Positions 1-9,400 of a DNA stretch of 20,000 nt are shown piece after piece (within the stretch, counting starts at the first letter, position 1; each line of letters starts with the position of its first letter). The DNA comes from an uncultured virus (IMG/VR IMGVR_UViG_3300025141_000033) (lineage: Duplodnaviria; Heunggongvirae; Uroviricota; Caudoviricetes). The notes beneath the pieces are model-generated. The model had not been told where the DNA came from and did not search any database. It saw only the letters and a program-made list of their open reading frames with translations. The translations under genes were made by a program, and so were the position numbers. The stretch lies in the IMG/VR virus record IMGVR_UViG_3300025141_000033, one strand, 5' to 3'.

Positions 1-451
1 CTCTGAGTCCGACTGTGTCTCTTGCTGATGAGCCTGAGAACTCTCCTTGCAGAGAAACTATTTTCCACGCGGGGGAGCTTTGGGTGGCGCCGTCAAGGAA
101 GGCATCCCCAATAGCGGAATCAAATTTAAAGTTGTCCTTTCGAGGGGATTCCTTCATCGGAGTGACATCCAGATCAAAGAAGTTAACTGCTGTTCCCTTA
201 TCTGTGGCAACAATGTTGTCGGCATCCTCAAACAAGACCAAGCTCTCTAGATATTGAGTTTCTTTCTTAATTCTGTTACTGATACCGGACTGAGATTCGC
301 TGGTTCCAGCGTATTCTCCATCATATATGACATTGTCATCATAGAATGCGTAATAAGTTGGCTTGAAATCGCCGATGGACAAAAGATAGTGCCCGTAAGA
401 TGTGAGCTTAAGATCAAAGACTTGTTCTTTCTTGTTTATGAACTTGGCCAT
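1..451 (-). CDS. Partial (3'-truncated) putative virion/baseplate-associated protein, not in the ORF track
   Basis: ATG at 451-449 lies 2 nt after the TAG of the 3353-aa gene, with GAGGA upstream. The frame is stop-free for 150 codons to the window edge: MAKFINKKEQVFDLKLTSYGHYLLSIGDFKPTYYAFYDDNVIYDGEYAG...AWKIVSLQGEFSGSSARDTVGLR. The structural role is inferred from context and from the N-terminal LTxxGxxLL...AFxDD pattern. Confidence 0.85.
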   Translation of the reverse strand, partial: MAKFINKKEQVFDLKLTSYGHYLLSIGDFKPTYYAFYDDNVIYDGEYAGTSESQSGISNRIKKETQYLESLVLFEDADNIVATDKGTAVNFFDLDVTPMKESPRKDNFKFDSAIGDAFLDGATQSSPAWKIVSLQGEFSGSSARDTVGLR

Positions 452-453
452 TT

Positions 454-3400
454 CTATGTATCGTCCTCATCGTCTTTCGAAAATAAGACTTCGGCATCCA
501 TCTTAATTAGCTCAACGATGGATAAGTAATCGTATGGCCAGTTGAAGGAGAGGTCGTAGCCGGTAGCAGAACCGTCGGAGGCTGCCTGCAGAACCGGGGT
601 GAGTTCTGATCCTACGCTTTCGTTTGCCTGGGTGGCAACCTTATCATAATAGTTTGCGTTAGCTTTTTGCTTAACCTTGAACACCATCCATCTAATCTGT
701 TCTGAATCAAACAAGCTATCCTCGTTAAGAAGCTCCATGTCCATAAGCTCATGAGCGATACTTTGCTCTTGCTTTTCAATCTTCTGGTAGTTTCGGGGAG
801 CAAGGTTCTGCCAAATATAAGATAGGTCATCTCTGTCAAGCTTATATTCGAACTCGAACATATACATCACGACTGGTTCTACGCTGGAGACATTAAGGAA
901 ATCGAACTGTGGCGGCAAGACATATCTTCCCATCTTTTGTGCGAGCTTACGGATAGACGCTCCGGCGGCGTCTAAGGACGACCCCATCACAGATGAAGGG
1001 CTCATTTGGGCAGCTGCCCAACGCTCTGGTGGGATGCTGAAGAACTTCTTGTGTGTCTCGGAGTCAGAGCTTGCGGCGAGACGGTCACCATCTGGTATAG
1101 AGGGAACCACATACGGAACGGCGACCACAGCTTCTTTAATCGTTCTGCTCTCAGCTATCTCACCGAGTCTAACAGACGCGCCATTTGAGGAGTTCACTGT
1201 TGGGGCGGAGGATAGGCTTCTGAGGGGATCGGTATTTGGCGTTTTATCAAATCCCATGATAGCTGTGAGCGACTTCATATTCTTATAGACTAAGGCGCCA
1301 TTGGTGGCTGCGTCATTATCATTATACATGGAGTTATTATCGGTGACATCGTAATGGTACTGTAGCCATTCGGAAGGGATGTCGCTGACCTCAAGGAAGA
1401 TTCCCTTGCTTGCCTCCTGCGGAATGACGCCAAACTGATGCCACATTCCGCGGGGGACAGAAGCAGAACCGAAGTTCTGGGGGTTGGATAGTGTGCCGTC
1501 GGCTTCTGAGATGGGGTGGATACCTCCGTCGTTGAAGTTCAACATGGGAGTCTCGAACTTGGGCTGGATGACCCAGCGCTTGCCGATGCTTTCGTTAGTG
1601 TTTGTCTGGGGGTTTCCCTGCTCGTCGAATGTGGTCTTGAACACGTCTTCGACCCCGAACAGATTGACACTCGCACTGATTTGCATCGCGTTTCCATTGA
1701 CGTTGTTGCCGGCGTAAATAAGTTCTCTTGATATCGATCCAGCGTAACCATCGCGGATCAATGTTGAGCCGGTAGTAACGGAGGTGCCGAGGGTGCCCGA
1801 TAGTGGAATGCCGCCGGCTGGTGGTCCAGGATCAACGCGGCGGAAAGAGGTCTCTATCTGTGATATAATTTGCTCTAATGTATAGGTCCTGGTGTGGTCG
1901 GGTCTGAAAATCAAATCCGCCCAGGCTTCTCCATTGTAATATGGTGGAGTGAACGACCAGTTGAATCCATTGAAACTATCGACAGGTGAAGCGGCTATGG
2001 TGAGGTCATCGTGGGCGGCATCGAAGGCGCCGCGACCGGAGCATGGGGGACCGAAGGAAGATGGGCGAGAGTACATTGTAAAGCTCTCTTTAAAGTCTGG
2101 ATTCTGGCGTGGGTCCTGAGGTAGCGGGTAAGAGCCTGAGGTTCCAAAAGAAGCTGTAGTTGCGACTGAACTTGACAAGAACTGAGTAGCTCCCAAGAAT
2201 GAATATCCCGTATTATCGCCGGCAGATCCGGATTCATAGTCATATGACCTGATACCTGTGTTTGATTTGCGCATCTTGACACGGGCGCCATAGACAGCTC
2301 CACTCTCAAACGTCATTGCTGTTGAAATGATTCCGGACTTAATTTTGGTGTAAGTGCCCTCAGACAAGAAGAAATCTCCGACAGAGCCAAAGAAGTTCTC
2401 TGCCATTTTGGAATAAATAGAGTCGTTGTCTGAGCCGTTCCAAGATGCCGTCGTGGGAACTGATGCGGAAGGATGAGGTTCTTCACAAAAGAACTGTTTT
2501 CCTTGAAGATGCTTCTCTGGGGAGAGCATGGTTTCGAAGGGGATCCTGTAATCCCAGTAGTCGTTGCCGAAGTTAGTGCCGTCAATAGCCCAGTTGTCGG
2601 TGTCAGAGCTGGCGCTATAATATGAATCATATTTCTTTGTAATGTCAGAGATCATCGGATAGTCGACTGCGATTCCTGATTTGATCGTGTTGTAGAGGAT
2701 CCCAGGGGCGAACAGCTTCTCGGCGAGAGGCTTAGACCAGCCGCCTTCGTGGCCATCGGCAGAGGCAAAGAGATTTCGAGAAGGATTTCCGGCGAATGCG
2801 CAGCCGACGCTACTCGCATATGATCGAGAGAACTGAGACACAAGGTCCAAAGTTCGCTGGGCTGGGTAGAACCCCTTGTAGGGGTTAAATCTGGTTGTTG
2901 CCTTGCAAGTGAGCTTGATCTCCTTTGCTTTGAGCAGATTGCTAACATCCTCCTTGATCCCCAGGAAACCACTCATAAATTCAGAGTTTGAATAGTCGAT
3001 ATAAAAGTCATCCTGTGAGCTGTTGATGTCTGTCCCTACTATCTCCAGCATAGATTCAGAACCAGTAGAGCTAAGGATCCCATAATTGATGTAATCCTCA
3101 ATATGCTCACTGATGCGGAATTCGGGGATAATACCTGAGTCCTTGGAAATCAGCTTAAGATCGTGCTTATAAGCGTCGTAGTCTGTGAACCAGGGGTTGG
3201 ATGGATGAGAGATAAATTGACTCGTGCTGTCTAAATTGACCACGATGCCAGCTTGGGTATTCGCTTCCCACATAGCCTCGCCAGCATAAATATCAATCTG
3301 ACTTGCGGCTTCGAAGCCATTGTCCGTGAAGGGACTCAGGCTGCCAGTCTCCGGTACGACAACACCGTTAGGGGAAACAACAGAGTACGGACTGGACATC

Positions 3401-6400
3401 ATGTGTTTTCGTGAGTATAGCGCTGAGCGGAAGAGATTGGCGGCGCGTTGCGGGGCAGTGACCGTAGCTGAGCTGGTTACGAAAGAGAAGGTCTCTGACT
3501 GCAGCTCACCAGCCGAAGCTGAGGAAGCCAGATCTTGGTCGGCGGCGGGGGAAGTAACTACTATCGGTCCTGTTCTCGTCAAGAAGTCGGTTGGAGCGTC
3601 AAGTGGCCACGCGCTTTGGGAGACCTCAGCAGCAAGCGAGTTAGAGAAAGTTGATCCAAGCGTGTATCTATCAGACTGGGTGTCTCGCCAGTACAAGTTG
3701 TCGAACCCTGTTCTCTCTACCGTGCCTGATGCATATTCGTTTCGTAAAGAGGGGAACAGGTTCTCTGAATATGAGACCCAGTTCAGTCCGTAAGAAGTGT
3801 TTGCTCCCACAACGCCGATAATCTGATCGTAAGATGTGGAGGTCTTATCGAGAAGAATGTTTGCTTGGTTGTCCATCACTGAAGTGTTGAAGCCGATCTT
3901 CTCATTGTTGTGAGATATTTTCAGTGTCATCGCGAGTCCATCTTGACGAGGAAGCTGTGGAGCGATGTTGACCTTTACTGGCTTTCCGCGAGTAGAGACT
4001 GGGCGCAGAGCGTGACGGGTGAAAGTATCCCCGTTCACAACAGAAATGATATTGTCCTCTTTCTCGCGCATAAGGATTGGATGGTCTTGCTGTCGCGTTG
4101 CTGTCCAGTTCCAGCCATAAGTGGATTGGCGGCGCGTGAGAAGGAGGTTGAGGTAATCGTCTTCAAGCAGAACAGGGTTTGTTAAAGCCGGGTTGATGTA
4201 AGATGAGTTGCCTATGGCTGGGTCGTAACCGATACTGTTTGCGGAAGAGCTGACTGGATCTTTGGTAAGAGTGTTTAAGCGTGTCGTTGGTTGCTCAATA
4301 AATTCGGCTGGGAAGCGGTCACTTGCTGTCACGAAGTTGAAGAACGGCACATAGGAGCTTCCGGTCTTGTAATTGCCGTCGTTAAGTCCTCGGCCGAGGC
4401 TGTAACCGTAGTAACGGAGGTCGTCGGAACCTGATGCGAGAGAGGATGTGAACCACGAGTATTGGCGATCAGAGCGAGGGATCGGGTGTTGGACATTAAA
4501 GTTGTCGAAAACATCTCTGGCTATGACGCAATCGTACACGCTCCCTATCTCGCTACCCGTGCAACCGGCGAGCACATCAGTGGTGAAATCAAGATTAAGA
4601 TCGTAGGTTCTTCGAGAGGTTGGCAACAGGTGAGCGCCACCAACAATATCGTTGATGATATTGCCTGCACTGCTGGCTGTTACTGAGGCAGCGCCGGAGC
4701 CGAGGGCGTCGGCACCTTCGCCGAGGCGCCACCAAGACATAAGGTTTCCGACCTGAGGGGAGTCAGACCCTGTCAAGTCACACGGGATCCCGCCGTTATA
4801 GAGTGCAAGGACCTCGCTATCATTCAATTTTACATTCCACATTCCCACCTCATCGGCAGAACCAGAGTATTCGTATGCGTTGAATTCGTTGATAGGTCCA
4901 AAGAAGGTAATAGGAGAGGTCACATTGAACCCCGAGTGCTGTCTAAAGTTTGATTTGGCAGCTGAACCGCTCTCAAACCAGTTAAGCGCACTGTCTCCAG
5001 TAGGAGTCGATGAGTAATTCACCCCATCGATGTAGAAGTCAACGTCAACTGATGAGGAAACTGTGCCGTGGGTGGCAGTGAACGTGAACACAAAATGCTT
5101 CCAGGCAAGCGATCCCGTAAGAAGATCGGTATCAGTTATCCATTCAGTGATTGCGTCTGATCCGGCACCATCGGTTGTCGCCAATTCGTAGGCGATCTCG
5201 CCGCTTGTGCCTCTCCTCATTTGATGAATTTTCGTTGAGCCTCCACCAGTTTCTTGGCCTATTTCGAAAAGAGCGCGCACAGAGCTATCATCGGGTACTT
5301 TTATCCAAGACTGCCACGAATAGGCGACAGTGCTGCCAGAAGCAATTGCGTATTCAGCGTCAAAGAGTCTCTCACTTCTCTTCGTGAGATTCTCGATCAG
5401 AAGAACGTTGCCATGGTTTGCTCCATCCGCTGAGGCTGGCCAGATGACTCCTGATAAGTTGGTCATTCCAGGAAGGGTAGTCGTGCTGCCACAGATCCCA
5501 TAAACTGATGTTTTGAGAGGGTTGCGGTTGACCTTGTGAAAACTTGGATACTCGGTGGCTGTGGTGCCAGGATTGGTGACCAGTAGAGAATCTCGACCAA
5601 AGCGAGCAGAGTGACGAGCGAGGTGAGAGCGAAGCCCAAAGTCCTTGCCGTGGATGTCGTATACGCGGATACCGGGAGTGCCTGCGCCTGTTGGCTCAGA
5701 AATGGAACCACTTGGCCCCTGCGAGTGCTTCTTGACGCTCAGGTTACGATAGTTGAGGGCGTTGTACACCGAGAACTCGGATGCCCTGAAATCACGGTAG
5801 CCTTGTCCGAGAGTATCGATACCACCGGGAGCAGAGAAACGTGAGGAGAAGACGGTCTTGTTGGTGGCGCCTGTGAGGTAGCCGGTGGAGTATTCAGATA
5901 GTGCTGTATGGCTCTGTTCTGTTCTTCTTGTGTCTCCAAAAGCTCTTGCCTGCGTAGCACCCGTTGTGTTATTTTGGAACAGTTCTGCGGGCAGTGTGGG
6001 CTGGTTGTCGATAAACTGGCGAGGGTTAGAGTATGCTCCGTGAGTTTGGACGACCTCATAGTTGCGGTTGTAGTTGCCGAGGATGGTTGAGCCCGTGGTG
6101 TGATGGATGTTCTTGATGTTGACGGGACGCTTGGCTGTAAAGTCTCGATAGAAGACTGCCTTCTGGGAGGCGGTCATTGGATAGGGGACTTCTCCGACGG
6201 CATTCGCTTCGGGCCACGGATAGTCAGCACCAACCATCGCCAAGGCGCCAGAGGGATCAAGTGTGCCGATCAGCATCTTCCACGCTTCGGGGCGAGTCAT
6301 CCAGTTGTCTGCGCCTGTGTTCAGCTTGACGTGGCGAGACTGGTGGCCACCGACGGCATAGTTGGTGAACGGTCCCTGCATCGGGCGCTCCCCATCTTCA

Positions 6401-9400
6401 CCGTATACGTCGTTGTGGAGATTGGTGATTTCAACACCGCTTGTAAGCCCAGACACGACAGCGGCGTTGTAGCCGGTGGTGACCGAGGAAGAGATGATGT
6501 TGAAGGGGTAAGCGTAGGAAGACTTGGCGTTCGAGTACCCGCGCCCCTCTTCCCAATCACGACCGTGGTTGACCTTGATTATCCTTCTAACCTTCTTTCT
6601 TGGATCAGCAGGGTCCACTGAGTCCGCAAGGGGGACAAAATCCGCAACGAAGCTGAAAAGGACGTTCTGGGGGACATAGCCACCGCCCTCCGTGTTGACT
6701 GGACCAGCGGGAGCCAAAGCGTTATACGTGAACTCAAAGCTCTTCTCTTCTGGAAAGTTTGTTCCGCCTGCGAGGGCTGTGCTCTCTTTGACATCTAATT
6801 TGTATGGGCGGGCGAGCTTACGGTGGACGAAAGTAGAACCTTCGTATGTCGTGCCGCCGACAGTTGTGAGGGTCGTTGAAGGGGTGTTGTTCAGGTTGTT
6901 GGAGGATTCCCTGATGGCATCACGATTCTGATCAACAGCCGAGTCGCCAGAAGAGATGGTTGCTGAACCTGCTCTCTCTGCTCTCTCTCGCCACCAAGGC
7001 GAGTGTTCGTTCTGTTGTTCGGATGATGGCGAGCTGTTGAGTCTCCAGTTAAGGAGTTTCTCATTAATGCCAAGAATAGGGAATTCGGGCTCTGGAGTGA
7101 TAAACTCAAGTGTGGGGAACTTCGTCTGGTATTTGTTGCGCTCCAGGACGTGGCTCTCGACCACATTATTCATGTCGGGATCAAACTCAGATGTTGCCGG
7201 AGTCAGCTGAGCCACCACGATTGACAATGCATCGTCAAACCACTTATAGTAGTCGATAAATTTCTCAACGTCGGAAACACCATCCACCTTACGGAAGAAA
7301 ATCTCTCTAAGCTTCTCTAAGCCCTTATAACGATCGCGATATCGATTAACTGGTGCGCCAATGACATTGTTGAAGTCAACCGCGCCGGCGAAGAACTTAA
7401 GCATTTCTTCAGAAATCGAAGCGTACATGCTCTTCTCGAATGCGTAATAGTATTTCGGAGGAGAGGGATCAGAGTCTCTAACAACAGCGCTAGTTTCGCC
7501 AAGGGTGATCATATTTGAAGAATTGACGTTTTCTGGATCGATAAACTTGTAAGAGCTAACTGGTTCTTTTACAACCACCTGTGTCGCTGATTCTCTAAAT
7601 CCTATGGCTTTACCTGTGTTCTGGTATCCGGAGATGCCACCAGCCCAGCCATAGCTGTTGCGAGTCTCCGCAGAACCAGAGGACATATCTGTGACATAGA
7701 ACTCACCACTGGGGTTCGAGCCTGTGACATCGTCGAATGTCCAGTTCAAGGCAAGAGTGTTCAAATTGGTAATATTGCTCCCATCATTATTGGGATCTAT
7801 TGGAGATATTCTCTGGTTTGCGGCCGAGATACCAGCGTTATCGATATCATATAGGTGTTGCTGCAGATCGCTGTCCGAAATGTATTTTGTCCAATATTTG
7901 ACATTGGAGATCAAAGCGTCTGTTCTGTTGATGACAGAACCAGTGGTGTTGGTTCTGCGGGCACCAGCATATACTCGCTTGGGAGAACGTAGGAACTCTT
8001 GCCCCGTAGTTTTACCAATCGATGCTGTGACTGTGAATTGCTCGTTTACTTCACCAGAGAGAGTGTTGTATCCCTGGAAGACAATGTCGTAATTGTAATC
8101 TGACGATCCCGTAACCATATCTGTCAGCCCAAAGTTACTTGGCTTAACACGAACAGAGATGTTCCAGCGATCATTGTCGTATGCGTCGAAGAAGACACTT
8201 GAGGTGAGTTCCGGAATCGGATAAGGGGAGTTAGAAGAGGACAGTCGGAAATAAACGTTCTTTGAATATGGCGAGTCCCTAACAGCTTCAACTTGGAAGT
8301 TAGCGTAGTCAGTGGCGAGCCATGTTGTATCAGCTGGAGCTGTTGGGTCTGCTGTGTGCATGCCGAACAAGGAGGCTGTTACCAGCGTGCGGTCAAATTT
8401 ATCGTTACTTCGTGTGAAATACGGAAGGGTGACATCCGCTTCAAGAGTAAGTCCATACTTGTCCTCATAACCCGGGCCAGAGACACCGGAGCCAGAAATG
8501 TACCCCAAAGATTCGGAGTTAGACGGATCTGCTGACTGATATACTACGGAGTCCAGCTGTAAGGCATCATTAAAATTAAGAGAGGCTTTGTTCGCGATGG
8601 ACTGCCTGAGGTTGTCTTCTATGTTGTATACCCTGCTGTCTGCGGTCACTTTGAGGCGGACGAGGCTGTCATCAAGATAAAAGCATCTTAAAACATTACG
8701 AATAGCTTTTTCGGTACCCTTCGCCTTAAAAGTTCCAGCTAAGTTGTTATAAAGATTAATATAAATTAGATTCTTGATATTCTGAATATCGCCTTCAAAG
8801 ACTTTGTCGTTATTGCGATTTAAAAATTGTTCAAGGACATCGGCATCAACAAACAGCTCTGGTGTCTGTAAGCCGAGAGATTGCGGGAAGTGTTGTGCGA
8901 ATGATGGAGGCTGGCTTGAAGCACTAAGGTACTCCATAGATTTCACCTGTGAAACCTCTTGGACCTGTAAAAATAGCTTGTCCAGATACGAGCCGACTAT
9001 GTGAGAGAGCCCTGTGAGGTTTGTATTCCCTCTGTTCTCGTGCTCCTCTATGACCCACGACGGAGCCAAGTTAGAGAAAGCAGCATTATTGTTAAGATCG
9101 TAGTCCGATCCCTGGTCTACCAAGAGAGTAGTCAGAGATGAGACTTCCGGGTGACTGGCATAAATGATCGGATCTTTAAATTCGGTGGCAGAGGCGGCAG
9201 CTTCTACAATTGCCGATGATGTAGATCTCGAATTGGTGTCGTAGCCGGTCCAACCACCGTTACCGAGGCGGCCGCTGTAATCCAGAACGACGCTGTCAAC
9301 ATTCGAATCCCCCACTACTCCTTCGTTGAATTTATAGTACAGACCAAGAGAGGCGTTAGAAAGATCAGTGTTGGCACCACCACGAACGTTAGTGAACCAG

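Noticed and set aside
431..456. Stop-codon reassignment or TAG read-through fusing the giant gene to the next gene
   Set aside because: Code 11 already gives near-complete coding density. Reading through the TAG meets a TAA five sense codons later, and the next gene is in a different frame.
6970..6989. Short tandem repeat (TGCTCTCTC x2)
   Set aside because: It is an in-frame 9-nt unit encoding RERAERA with only two copies, so it is not a contingency locus.
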